Shown: positions 39,069 through 49,195 of the stretch, piece after piece
Layout of the letters: every line of letters starts with the position of its first letter
Numbering within the stretch: the first letter of the stretch is position 1
Assembly (NCBI GenBank): GCA_048940925.1
Contig: JBHLOC010000019.1
Span: forward strand, 21,977-85,976
DNA from: Promethearchaeota archaeon
Lineage (GTDB): Archaea > Asgardarchaeota > Lokiarchaeia > Sigyniarchaeales > SOKP01
Direction: 5' to 3'
Length of the DNA: 64,000 nucleotides
Translations under genes and position numbers: made by a program
Notes under the pieces: generated by a model
Told to the model about the DNA's origin: nothing
Seen by the model: only the letters and a program-made list of their open reading frames with translations
The model's database searches: none

Positions 39069-39366
39069 TTTGTTGTAAGAATATCGATTTCCATGTAATT
39101 TATATCCCTTTTCTCGATAATAATTACCTATTATACACCTTAGAGTTTCAATAAAGGATAAAGTTTGATTTATTTTTCCCCTCTATTTTAGCTTAAAAAT
39201 AGTAATTGAATCAATTTTAATAAATACTATGAGAGACTTGAATTACAAATATAGACTGAAATTTCTTGAAAAGAGGAGTAGATACTTCTATTTGCATATT
39301 TTCTTTACATAAAATTAAATATCCGAGTTAAATTTAAATTAAAAGGAAAAATTTTAACTAGAGTTT

Positions 39367-39498
39367 GTGAAAATTGGAGCTAAACGTGTTATAGATGCAG
39401 GGTTCGTAATAGGAATAGTCTCCTCTGTGATCGGAGGAGTAGCTGTAGTCTGTGCTGTTTCATATTACTATATGGAGAAACAGAAAACACTTGTGTGA
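39367..39498 (+). pseudogene. Remnant C-terminal membrane anchor of a lost surface protein, or a small TM peptide
   Basis: VKIGAKRVIDAGFVIGIVSSVIGGVAVVCAVSYYYMEKQKTLV*; TM plus charged tail; in-frame stop at 39355. Confidence 0.4.
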
Positions 39499-39621
39499 AA
39501 TTTAAAATAATTATAAATCCTTCTTTTTAAATTCTTACAAAAGCAAAATTAAAAAGATTTTATACTAATTATCATTTATATCTAATTCTAAAAGAAAAAG
39601 AAGTTATCATAGTGGAATAAA

Positions 39622-41550
39622 ATGGGAAAAACTCTTACTGAAAAAATATTAGAAAAACACTTGATTGAAGGTACAATAGAAAAAGGGACAGATATAGCGA
39701 TCAAGATTGACCAAACTCTCACACAAGACGCTACAGGGACAATGACTTACCTACAATTTGAAGCAATAGGAATACCGAGAGTACAGACAGAATTATCTGT
39801 AAGTTATGTTGATCATAATACTTTACAAACTGATTTTAAGAATCCTGATGATCATAGGTATCTACAAAGTATTGCTGCTAAATATGGACTTTATTTTTCA
39901 CGTCCAGGCAATGGAATATGCCATCAACTACACTTAGAACGCTTTGCAAGACCTGGAAAAACATTACTTGGTTCAGATAGCCATACTCCAACGGGTGGTG
40001 GTGTAGGGATGATAGCAATAGGAGCAGGAGGTCTTGATGTTGCAGCTGCGATGGCGGGAGAAACATTTAGACTAAAAATGCCTAAAGTAGTAAATGTATA
40101 TTTGACAGGAAAATTACCGGACTTCGTATCCGCAAAAGATATTATATTAGAAGTTTTGAGGAGAATAGGTGTTAAAGGTGCTGTAAACAAAGTCTTGGAA
40201 TATACAGGTCCAGGAATAAAAACTCTTACTGTTCCAGAAAGGGGAACAATTACAAATATGGGAACTGAAACTGGAGCAACAACCTCAATCTTTCCCTCAG
40301 ATAATATTACAAAAGAGTTTTTAGAAGCTCAAGAGAGAGGAGATCAATGGATTCTCTTAGAGCCAGATGATGATGCTATATATGATGAAAAAATTGAGAT
40401 TAATTTAAATGAATTGGAACCCCTTATTGCACTTCCACATAGTCCAGGAAATGTAAAAACTATCGAAGAAGTTAAGGGATTACAGGTAGATCAAGTCTGT
40501 ATTGGAAGTTGTACAAATTCTTCTTTAAGAGACTTGAAAATAGTAGCAAATATTTTGAAAGGAAAAACTATTAATGAACATACCGTTCTAACTGTCTCAC
40601 CAGGCTCTCGTCAGGTAGTAACTCATATGGTTAAATCTGGGGAAATGGCATTTTTAGTCGAAGCAGGAGCCAGAATTCTTGAAAATGCTTGTGGTCCATG
40701 CATAGGTATGGGACTTGCTCCTAAAAGTGACGCAATATCATTACGAACTTTTAATAGGAACTTTCTCGGAAGAACAGGAACGAAAAGTGCCCAAGCATAC
40801 CTCGTTAGTCCTGAAACTGCTGCAGTATCTGCTATTGAAGGGAAAATTACAGATCCAAGAAGCTTTGGAAAATTACCTCAAATTGAAATGCCTAAAAAAT
40901 TCATAGTAAATGATAATATGATTATACCACCATTATCTCCAGAAAAAGCAAATTTGATTACAATTGTTAGAGGTCCAAATATTAAACCTTTACCTGAATT
41001 TAAACCTTTACCCGATAAATTGGAAGGAGAAGTACTTCTTAAGGTTGAAGATGACATAACCACAGATCATATAATGCCAGCAGGAGCAAAAATTCTTCCT
41101 TTAAGATCTAATATCCCTGAGATTAGCAAATATGTTTTTAATGTTATTGATGATCGTTTCCATGACAGATCTTTGGAAAAGGGGGGTGGTTTTATAGTTG
41201 GAGGAGAGAATTATGGTCAAGGTTCCAGTAGAGAACATGCAGCAATAGCACCTAAATATTTGGGAATTAAAGCAGTTATAGTTAAATCATTCGCACGTAT
41301 TCATTTAGCAAATCTTATCAACTTTGGAATTGTACCTCTAACTTTTGCTAACAAAAACGATTATGATAAAATCACGCAGGGAGATCGATTTGAAATTAAT
41401 CTTAATACCTTGGAATCTGGTAAAGTAATATTAAAGATTTTAAATAAAAATTTAGAAATCCCTTTGACTCATTCTCTAAGTTCACAGGAAATTGAAGAAT
41501 TAAAAGAAGGTGGAAAACTTACTTTAATTAAACAAAAACACAAAAAATAG
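39622..41550 (+). CDS. acn: Aconitate hydratase (compact about 640-aa type), copy 1
   Basis: TQDATG, DHN, GICHQ, GSDSHT, IGSCTN, CGPCIG, FNRNF.GR, TTDHI.PAG, NYGQGSSREHAA, SFARIH. Confidence 0.93.
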   Translation: MGKTLTEKILEKHLIEGTIEKGTDIAIKIDQTLTQDATGTMTYLQFEAIGIPRVQTELSVSYVDHNTLQTDFKNPDDHRYLQSIAAKYGLYFSRPGNGICHQLHLERFARPGKTLLGSDSHTPTGGGVGMIAIGAGGLDVAAAMAGETFRLKMPKVVNVYLTGKLPDFVSAKDIILEVLRRIGVKGAVNKVLEYTGPGIKTLTVPERGTITNMGTETGATTSIFPSDNITKEFLEAQERGDQWILLEPDDDAIYDEKIEINLNELEPLIALPHSPGNVKTIEEVKGLQVDQVCIGSCTNSSLRDLKIVANILKGKTINEHTVLTVSPGSRQVVTHMVKSGEMAFLVEAGARILENACGPCIGMGLAPKSDAISLRTFNRNFLGRTGTKSAQAYLVSPETAAVSAIEGKITDPRSFGKLPQIEMPKKFIVNDNMIIPPLSPEKANLITIVRGPNIKPLPEFKPLPDKLEGEVLLKVEDDITTDHIMPAGAKILPLRSNIPEISKYVFNVIDDRFHDRSLEKGGGFIVGGENYGQGSSREHAAIAPKYLGIKAVIVKSFARIHLANLINFGIVPLTFANKNDYDKITQGDRFEINLNTLESGKVILKILNKNLEIPLTHSLSSQEIEELKEGGKLTLIKQKHKK

Positions 41551-41682
41551 ATTGGTATATTTTTTTTTTCTTTATTTATTACCTAATAATCTTAAATCCT
41601 TTAATTTAGTAATTATGTTGAACTTTGTATAATTAAGAATTTTTTAAAAATTACAAATAATAAACGTCATAAAGAAAGAAAA

Positions 41683-42204
41683 ATGCCAATAATTTCGATT
41701 GAAGTTGATGGAAAGATTAAAGCTCCTAAGATTGAACCCTCAAGTTGGATTTCAGAATCAGCATGGATAATCGGTGATGTTACGATGGGTTCTGAAAATG
41801 TTGTATATCAGGGAGTAATAATACGAGGAGATTTTGCCAAAATTGAAATTGGAGATAAGAATGTCTTTCAAGATGTATGTATTATAAACACTGCTGAAGG
41901 ATTTAAAACTAATATCGGTAACAATAATTTAATAGGATTTGGAGCTATAGTTCACGGAGCGACTCTAAAAAACAACACTGTAATAGGCATCCGATCCGTG
42001 TTGATGATCAATACGATAGTTGAAGATAATGCATTAGTTGGAGCCACCTCTTTTGTTGGGATGGGAAAAAAAGTAATTTCTGGTCAGAAATGGATTGGTC
42101 GGGAATTAAAAGGAGAAAATACTCAAGGACAGATGTGGGAACTCGGTAGGCAACAATGGCGCAAAATGGGGTTAAAAATGAGGGAACAAAAAGAAATACC
42201 TTAA
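41683..42204 (+). CDS. Gamma-carbonic anhydrase-like LbH protein
   Basis: AWIIGDVTMG, IRGDF..IEIGDKNVFQD, AIVHGA; only one of three Zn-ligand His is evident. Confidence 0.8.
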   Translation: MPIISIEVDGKIKAPKIEPSSWISESAWIIGDVTMGSENVVYQGVIIRGDFAKIEIGDKNVFQDVCIINTAEGFKTNIGNNNLIGFGAIVHGATLKNNTVIGIRSVLMINTIVEDNALVGATSFVGMGKKVISGQKWIGRELKGENTQGQMWELGRQQWRKMGLKMREQKEIP

Positions 42205-42254
42205 TTAATTTTATTCTTTCTTTTTTTGATAGGAATATCAAATAGATACATAAT

Positions 42255-43166
42255 TTAGATAAAATCCCTTATTAATTCGTTTATCTTAGTTGGTTGTTCG
42301 TTAATAACCCAATGTGAACCATTAGGAATACGCTTAATTGTCAAATCTGGGATATATTCATCAAGACCTTCGAGGTTATGAACAGTCAAAGCTGTATCTT
42401 TTTCAGCCCAAATCACGAGAGTTGGTACATTTATTATCGTGTCATTTACAAAAGTTTCTTCACTCATTAATTGATTTATTTTTTCTCCCTGTGCTGGAGG
42501 TATCATACTTGCGGCTCGATAATAATTTAAACCACCTGTTAATGATCCAGGTTGAGACCATGCATCAATGTACATTGTAGTATCATCATCTGTAAATACC
42601 ATATCTTCCGTTTTAATTATATTGATTAAATTGGAATAATTATTTATCGACAGCATCTCTTCTGCTCGATTAGATCTGAAAAATAGAACATATTGACTTG
42701 ATTTTTGTTGATCTTTATTTTTAGCTAATAACTTGGCAAATACGTTTGGATGGGGGGCATTTATAATTATTAACTTCTCTACTAAATTTGGATGTCTATT
42801 AGCAAATGGGTAAGCAACTACTCCACCCCAGTCATGCCCAACTAAAATAAAACTTTCACGACCAAAATGATCTTCAACTAACGTCCTAAGATCTTCAACC
42901 ATATAATGAGTTTGATATTGTTCGATTTCTTTTGGTTTAGATGAAAGATTATATCCTCTCATATCTGGGGCAACAGCTAAATAATCTTTTGAAAAATCTA
43001 AGAGTTGATTCCTCCACATGTACCAAAATTGGGGAAAACCATGTAAAAAAATAATTAATTTTCCTTCTTCTGGACCTGCTTTAATATAATGTAGTTTTAT
43101 ATTATTAACATCTGCAAATTCACTTTTAAATTGAGGATATTTGCTTTTAAGAATTCTTTTAGACAT
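42255..43166 (-). CDS. Alpha/beta hydrolase, epoxide hydrolase-like
   Basis: LHGFP, APDMRGYN, GHDWGG (Asp nucleophile), LNYYRA, GSHWV. Confidence 0.9.
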   Translation of the reverse strand: MSKRILKSKYPQFKSEFADVNNIKLHYIKAGPEEGKLIIFLHGFPQFWYMWRNQLLDFSKDYLAVAPDMRGYNLSSKPKEIEQYQTHYMVEDLRTLVEDHFGRESFILVGHDWGGVVAYPFANRHPNLVEKLIIINAPHPNVFAKLLAKNKDQQKSSQYVLFFRSNRAEEMLSINNYSNLINIIKTEDMVFTDDDTTMYIDAWSQPGSLTGGLNYYRAASMIPPAQGEKINQLMSEETFVNDTIINVPTLVIWAEKDTALTVHNLEGLDEYIPDLTIKRIPNGSHWVINEQPTKINELIRDFI

Positions 43167-43380
43167 ATTATCAGTTCACCTTTTATTTAATTTAAAATGA
43201 AGTAATTTTGGTGGAAATAAAAACTTTTTTTCTTAATAATGGATTTTGTTGTTCTTGTTTAAGTAACTTTTGACTTGTTTAAAATAAAGAAATAATATTT
43301 TTTTATCAGCCAATTTTTTATATAGAACGCTTAATTTTCTTAAAATTAAGTATGAATTATTCAATATGAATTAAATTATT

Positions 43381-44202
43381 ATGTCTGTCATAGGTATTGA
43401 TAAAGATAAATGTTCAAATTGTAAACAATGCATATCAGAATGTATTCGTGGCTATCTTTATGTATCTGAAAATGGAGAAGTTAATTTCAACGAAACTTTA
43501 GAGCCTTGTATTATTTGTGGACATTGTATTGCAATTTGTCCCGAAGATGCTATTATAACTAAAGATCTAGATGATGTTGAGACTTTTCAAGGAATAGATT
43601 CACCAGGAGAAATTATAAATTACTACAATTTTTATAAACTCATTCGCGCAAAACGCTCAATTAGACGTTATAAATCCAAAAAGGTTGCACAAGAATTAAT
43701 AGAAAAAGTTTTTAAGGCTATGAGATATGCTCCAAGCGCTGCTAATGCCCGATTATGGCGTTATCTAATTATATCTGATCCTGAAAAAATCGAAGAATTG
43801 AGCAACGGAATTATGAAAGCAATGTATAGATATTTGGGATATGAATCAGAAGAAGAAGCACTCAAATCTCTCAAATCTCGAGGAAGAAATGTTTTTTTCA
43901 ATGCACCTCATTTAATTATATTATACTATGAAACTGTTGAAAAAATTAGCACAATGATAGGATTCAGGGGTAATGATGCAGGAATTGCATTAACTTATGG
44001 TATGCTCGCGGCTGAAACTCTTGGGCTTGGAACGTGTTGGATAGGTGGCCTTCAAGGAGCAATTCCTATGAATCGAGAAATTATGAATATTTTAGGAATA
44101 AAAGGTTATGTACTTGGAGCCTTTACACTCGGGTATCCTGCCGTTAAATATCTCAGAACAACACCCCGCCCACCTCTAAAAATCAAGGGACTAGAAAATT
44201 AA
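43381..44202 (+). CDS. Nitroreductase with N-terminal 2x[4Fe-4S] ferredoxin domain
   Basis: CSNCKQCISEC, CIICGHCIAICP; KRSIRRY, APSAAN, LGLGTCWIG, LGYP. Confidence 0.9.
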   Translation: MSVIGIDKDKCSNCKQCISECIRGYLYVSENGEVNFNETLEPCIICGHCIAICPEDAIITKDLDDVETFQGIDSPGEIINYYNFYKLIRAKRSIRRYKSKKVAQELIEKVFKAMRYAPSAANARLWRYLIISDPEKIEELSNGIMKAMYRYLGYESEEEALKSLKSRGRNVFFNAPHLIILYYETVEKISTMIGFRGNDAGIALTYGMLAAETLGLGTCWIGGLQGAIPMNREIMNILGIKGYVLGAFTLGYPAVKYLRTTPRPPLKIKGLEN

Positions 44203-44296
44203 GTACACTTATTCAGATATATTCTATATAAGGAAATTTTCATTCATGAATATTTTTTTTTTACTTTATTTATTAATAAGTTGGCAAGTCAAAATC

Positions 44297-45721
44297 CTAT
44301 AAGCCCATTTCTTTTAATTTTTCCATAATTTCTTGTTTTTTCCTTCCTTTTAAATCAAACCATTTATAAAAGATTAAAGCTCCTACTAGGCAAAATAGAC
44401 ATGGAAATAATCCTTGGATTAAACGAAGTCCGAGTATTGCTTCAGTGCTATGTATCGGCGCATTCGGATTATAAAGTGTGAGTGAATGTATTATTGCGAC
44501 AATGAAACTCTGAATTGTTAAAGTAATGCGAAGGAAAAAATTTCTAACACCTATTAATGTTGCTTCATGATGTTTTTTAGTCTTAACTGCGATCTCATCA
44601 TAACAATCGGCTAAAACAGGAGACAACATAATCATATACATAGCAGCTGCCATACCAGATAAGAAAATAACTAAATAATATTCAAACACATTTGAGACAA
44701 ATAAGTTTAGTAGTAAACTGAGACCAAGAAATAATAAACCTATTACATAAGTTTGAGAGTGACCAACTTTCTTAGCAACACGTATCCAAATAGGCATTGA
44801 TAAAATGGTTGAAACAAGCATAAGAAAAGATCCAAAAGTTCTAATTTCTTGTGGTTCTTTTAATACATCATCTACAAAATTTACAGCATTCATACTCGTC
44901 AAACCTAATGCTACCATGAATAAAGTATAAGTAAATACAGCTAACATGAAGTTTTTTTGCTTGACTGCCATTTTCATTGTCCAAAAGAACGATTTTTTCT
45001 CAGTTGTTTCATATCCTAAAATAAAGCGGTTTTTTATCTCTTCTGATTCTTTCGAACCAGGTATAAAGAAAATTAAGGAAATTCCTAAAATTATTAAACT
45101 AAAAATAGCAGCTATAGTAAATGTAACACGATTGCCAGGTACAATAATTTGTGACCAAAGCGTGATTGCTATAAAATTCGCTATAAAAATAAAGATTTGA
45201 GTTACCATTCCAGCTTTTCTTCGGACTTTATCTCCCCTAAAATGAGCAGGGAAAGCACCGAAAGAATGCGTTTGAAAAAGTGCATTAGAAATATCATACA
45301 AAAAAACCATTATCAAATAATACATTAATATCGGAAAGACACTTTCGATCCCTGTTATAGTCGGTGGTGTAAAAATTAAAAAGAAAAAAATTATGGTGGG
45401 AATACCCCCAATAATGATCCAAGGAGTATGAAATCCTAATTTTTTGGTCCATTTCAGGGGTTTATCTGTAATATAGCCGATAATAGGATTGCTTAACATA
45501 CTAAATATAGTAAAAATTACATTTGTAATTGCCATATATATCGGCCACAGACTAATAACATCAATTAAACCAAGTTCACTTTCATAAAAATGCCAAACAT
45601 AATTATTAAAAGCAGTAATTAAAAAACCGTTTAAAAAATAACCCATAGAAAACAAAATCATCTTTGAATTGCTTGGTTCTTCAATTGAATTTTGTATTGA
45701 CAAATTTTTTGAAAAATTCAA
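44297..45721 (-). CDS. MFS transporter, glycoside-pentoside-hexuronide (MelB-like) family
   Basis: Twelve TM; NPIIGYITD, PWII, ADCYDE. Confidence 0.85.
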   Translation of the reverse strand: MNFSKNLSIQNSIEEPSNSKMILFSMGYFLNGFLITAFNNYVWHFYESELGLIDVISLWPIYMAITNVIFTIFSMLSNPIIGYITDKPLKWTKKLGFHTPWIIIGGIPTIIFFFLIFTPPTITGIESVFPILMYYLIMVFLYDISNALFQTHSFGAFPAHFRGDKVRRKAGMVTQIFIFIANFIAITLWSQIIVPGNRVTFTIAAIFSLIILGISLIFFIPGSKESEEIKNRFILGYETTEKKSFFWTMKMAVKQKNFMLAVFTYTLFMVALGLTSMNAVNFVDDVLKEPQEIRTFGSFLMLVSTILSMPIWIRVAKKVGHSQTYVIGLLFLGLSLLLNLFVSNVFEYYLVIFLSGMAAAMYMIMLSPVLADCYDEIAVKTKKHHEATLIGVRNFFLRITLTIQSFIVAIIHSLTLYNPNAPIHSTEAILGLRLIQGLFPCLFCLVGALIFYKWFDLKGRKKQEIMEKLKEMGL

Positions 45722-45870
45722 AAGTGTTCATTAATTGTGTTTTCTTTTGATATTAATTAATTCGTTTAAATCATTATTAAATTGATCTAATCAAAAATGA
45801 GAATAAAGTATTGTATTAGACTAATTCTAAATATCTTTTTCTATTTTATTGAAAAATTGTTTGGTTAAAC

Positions 45871-46137
45871 GTGATTTCATCAAAATTTAGATTTTATTTT
45901 TCCAGACAAAGTTCCACAAGATTAAATATTTTGACTATCAAATATGGAATAGAGTTAGATGGAACTGGAATAGATACTTGGGGCGTAGATTTCGTCATTC
46001 TAAATAAAAATGATGAATTTGTTGGTTATTGTTATCGTTATTGTGATTTAAGAACAAAAAGAACTCTTAATAAATTGCTAATAAAGTTTAAAAAAGATAG
46101 ATCTTCTTATATCCATTGCCATTTCAGAATAAGTTGA
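45871..46137 (+). pseudogene. Fragment of an FGGY/rhamnulokinase-like sugar kinase
   Basis: GIDTWGVDFVIL...YRYCDLRT matches the internal IGIDTWGVDF...YRDxRT motif; both flanks are missing. Confidence 0.7.
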
Positions 46138-46270
46138 CCCATCTAAAGCATCTAAAATCTTATTATACATAAAATGGAGAATTTAAGTGATAGAAAGAAA
46201 TTTTTTATTATCGAAACTTTAGGAATGATTTTCCTTAACAACAATTTAACATCTTCTTTAAAATTGAGAT

Positions 46271-46963
46271 TTAACGTGCTGAGTTGTTCAATTCTCTTCT
46301 AAAACTATCAAAAATTAACAGAGTACCTATTATAAATGAAATAGGTGTTGTAATGTTAATTAATAATACTATTAAATTTGTTATTTCACTAAGTTTTCCA
46401 TAGTTATATACTATTTCTGGCTGTAAAATGAATCCCAATCCGATAAATAACGCGCCAGAAATTATCTTTAAGGTCTTCATTCTGGGTGTTTCTGTATTCT
46501 TAAAAAATATTAATAAAAATAAAAAAGGAAAGAAAGTAGTTATGAGGAAAATATATACTAATGTTATATTTGATAGAGCAGTAAAACCTAATATGATCAC
46601 CAAAATTAAAGGGATCATACCGGCAAGGTAGTGCTTTTCGTATGTAATTTTATCCATAATTTTTTCTAAATGAATTATTTTGTTCCAAAATGGAAAAAAT
46701 AAAATTAAAATACCTATTCTTAGAATTAAATTTGAAATTTCAGTATTGATTAATATAAATAGAGCACAAATATTTATTACATTTTCAATTGCAATAAAAA
46801 TATAAAATATTTCCCAAGAAAATAAATCATTATAAAGGTGAAAGTCTTTTTCTTTAGAAACTTTCTTAGAAAAATATAGTGTATGAATAATAATTGATGC
46901 AAATGTTAATGATAATATTATATTAACCAAATATTCAATTGCAACTATAGATACTAGATCCAC
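46271..46963 (-). CDS. Multi-TM hypothetical membrane protein
   Basis: 230 aa, about seven hydrophobic segments; GGTGG RBS. Confidence 0.7.
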   Translation of the reverse strand: MDLVSIVAIEYLVNIILSLTFASIIIHTLYFSKKVSKEKDFHLYNDLFSWEIFYIFIAIENVINICALFILINTEISNLILRIGILILFFPFWNKIIHLEKIMDKITYEKHYLAGMIPLILVIILGFTALSNITLVYIFLITTFFPFLFLLIFFKNTETPRMKTLKIISGALFIGLGFILQPEIVYNYGKLSEITNLIVLLINITTPISFIIGTLLIFDSFRRELNNSAR

Positions 46964-47000
46964 ACTTGAACCACCAACTCTTATAAATATGATTCTAAGC

Positions 47001-48290
47001 TTAAGTTAAATTTTGTAAGAAAAATATGACTGCTGGTACCAAATTTCCTTTAAGTGATATTCTCTCATTTTTAGCAGGATTAAGTAAATTAGCTGCCATA
47101 TTATTTATAACTTGTTCTGCCAAATCAAGATGAAATAGTTCTCGATATTTAGAATCATCTGGATCGGGAATAATGATTTTCTGCCATTTCAAACCTAAGG
47201 CATTTGCTTGTAATTGTAACCCCGCCAATGCCATCCCTGCTTCAATTTCAGCCCAATATTTAAGATTCATAAATTTATGCATAACTCCAGCACACGGTTT
47301 TTTTCTATCAATACATATTAGGATTGCATAATTTGTTAAATTTAAGCCGAACTCTTCTTCGATCTTCACTTTTAATAAATCAGAAGTGAATTGTTGAAGA
47401 AAATGATCATAGTTTAGTTTATTATCTACACTAATCCATCTATTTAGTGCGGAATATCCAATAGGATTATACACATATGATCCTTTTGGTATATTAGCAA
47501 GATCTTCCACAATAACAATTGGATAAACGGCATAACCAGCGCACCCAGAAGCATGAACTCTCCCATAACCGTTTTTCTCTAAAATATCTCTGTTTCCATG
47601 GGTTGAATGATCAGTTTCTCCTTCACAAGCCCATAATAATTGAGAAATTTCATGCAAAGTCGCATAATCTGCAATCTTTTTTTCAATTTGATTAAATATG
47701 GCATTGTCTAGGGGTATCCCTTTATATTTTTTCATATATATCTTACGATCCTCGTAGCACGATGGAGTGTTAAGTAATATAGTACCCTCCTTCACCTCTA
47801 TCTTAAGTGGTTCTAAGTTATCCTCTAATAAACCTTCTCGATCTCTTTCTCGAACAGATACTGAATAAAGGAAAGTATAATTTTTATTAAGTTCAATATT
47901 AACGAGTTTATTATACTTTTTTGGAGGTCTTGCCCGTTGTGATATTCCAAGTCCTATGCTTTCCACTTTCAATGAGAGATATTGCCAAGTAAGCCCAACT
48001 TGGATTAATTCGCTTAAGGGAATTGATTCTTTCCAACTTAATTTTGGATAGAGCTCCATTGAATATTGAGTTTTTTCTTTATCTGTAATTAGTGTTAAAT
48101 TTTTGTCTTTATACAAGTAAATCCCGCCCGAATATTCCTCTCCATCAGGAAGCACTATAAATAATGAATTTGAGGATAAAGCTTGGTTAGTTGATCTACA
48201 AATATCTAAAATTTCTCTTCTCGATAAGATTCGTCCTTTTCCTGAGCAATCTTTACGACTTGCTAAACATTGTTGTAAACTCATTTCCAA
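47001..48290 (-). CDS. Divergent SagB/ThcOx-type nitroreductase-fold protein
   Basis: EISQLLWACEG...RVHASGCAGYAVYP and EIEAGMALAGLQLQANALGL resemble SagB-family motifs; N-terminal half may be a degenerate copy. Confidence 0.6.
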   Translation of the reverse strand: MEMSLQQCLASRKDCSGKGRILSRREILDICRSTNQALSSNSLFIVLPDGEEYSGGIYLYKDKNLTLITDKEKTQYSMELYPKLSWKESIPLSELIQVGLTWQYLSLKVESIGLGISQRARPPKKYNKLVNIELNKNYTFLYSVSVRERDREGLLEDNLEPLKIEVKEGTILLNTPSCYEDRKIYMKKYKGIPLDNAIFNQIEKKIADYATLHEISQLLWACEGETDHSTHGNRDILEKNGYGRVHASGCAGYAVYPIVIVEDLANIPKGSYVYNPIGYSALNRWISVDNKLNYDHFLQQFTSDLLKVKIEEEFGLNLTNYAILICIDRKKPCAGVMHKFMNLKYWAEIEAGMALAGLQLQANALGLKWQKIIIPDPDDSKYRELFHLDLAEQVINNMAANLLNPAKNERISLKGNLVPAVIFFLQNLT

Positions 48291-48300
48291 ATCGTAATCC

Positions 48301-48417
48301 TTAATAATTAATTTGAAAATTATTAATTGTTATTTGAATATTTGCTCTCCAATAAACTTCTAGAGGTATTTTAAATTCTCCTAGTTGAGCTTTTTCTATT
48401 TGATATTTATTATTCAT
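48301..48417 (-). pseudogene. fumC: N-terminal remnant of class II fumarate hydratase/aspartase
   Basis: MNNKYQIEKAQLGEFKIPLEVYWRANIQITINNFQINY* aligns by eye to the YRIEKDSLGEVxVPxxxYWGAQTQRAxxNF N-terminus; overlaps the sdhB stop. Confidence 0.75.
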
Positions 48418-49195
48418 TTTTACTCCAATCCTTACGTAATTCTTGATTAATTGCAGTCCCAGGCATGACATTCTTGGGACAAACTTGATTACAAATAAAA
48501 TATCGCTTACATGAGGGTACTCCATCTTGTTCCATCACACGAGAAATAATAGATTGTTGTTTTGTCTTAGGAATCCTCGAATCGTAAATGAATCTACTTG
48601 CTTTAGCTAATTGAGCAGGCCCTAAATAATTTGGATTTTTATTATTTATAGGACAAGCCCAACAGAGGCCACATAAAATGCAATATACATATCGCTCAAT
48701 TCTTTCCATCTCCTTAGGAGTTTGTTTGGATTCTGGTTGCTTATAATTCCATTCCCTTGAAAAATATGGTCCAATTTCTTGAAAATGCGCCCAGAATCTA
48801 TTTAAATCAACTATTAAATCTTTTATAACTCTCATATTGGGGGCAGGTTCTATAAGTATTTCGTTTTTTTCATCCCATTTAGGAAGATCTCCATAGATAA
48901 ATTCAATATTCTTACTCCTTATGAACTGTTCGATTGGTTTTGTGATTTCATTTATCGATGAAATTTGAGTTTTACAAGCTAATAGTGGTACTTTATTAAT
49001 TGTCATTCCACAAGAACCACAAACTGCACCTCTACATGCATATCTAAAAGCTAATGTTGAGTCAAAATGATCTTGAATATAAAATAAAGCGTCTAAAACA
49101 TCCATGCCCTTTTCAACAGGAACTTCATATCGTTCATAAGTTACTTTTCCATTCCCTGGATTTCTATATATTAAGAATTTTTGTTTCCATTCCAT
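48410..49195 (-). CDS. sdhB: Succinate dehydrogenase/fumarate reductase Fe-S subunit
   Basis: CRGAVCGSC...LAC, VIKDLIVD, CILCGLC..CP, YLGPA, C.....C...CP. Confidence 0.93.
   Translation of the reverse strand: MEWKQKFLIYRNPGNGKVTYERYEVPVEKGMDVLDALFYIQDHFDSTLAFRYACRGAVCGSCGMTINKVPLLACKTQISSINEITKPIEQFIRSKNIEFIYGDLPKWDEKNEILIEPAPNMRVIKDLIVDLNRFWAHFQEIGPYFSREWNYKQPESKQTPKEMERIERYVYCILCGLCWACPINNKNPNYLGPAQLAKASRFIYDSRIPKTKQQSIISRVMEQDGVPSCKRYFICNQVCPKNVMPGTAINQELRKDWSKNE

Noticed and set aside
48418-48525. N-terminal extension of ORF 48301..48525
   Set aside because: It lies inside sdhB in another frame; only the part from ATG 48417 resembles FumC
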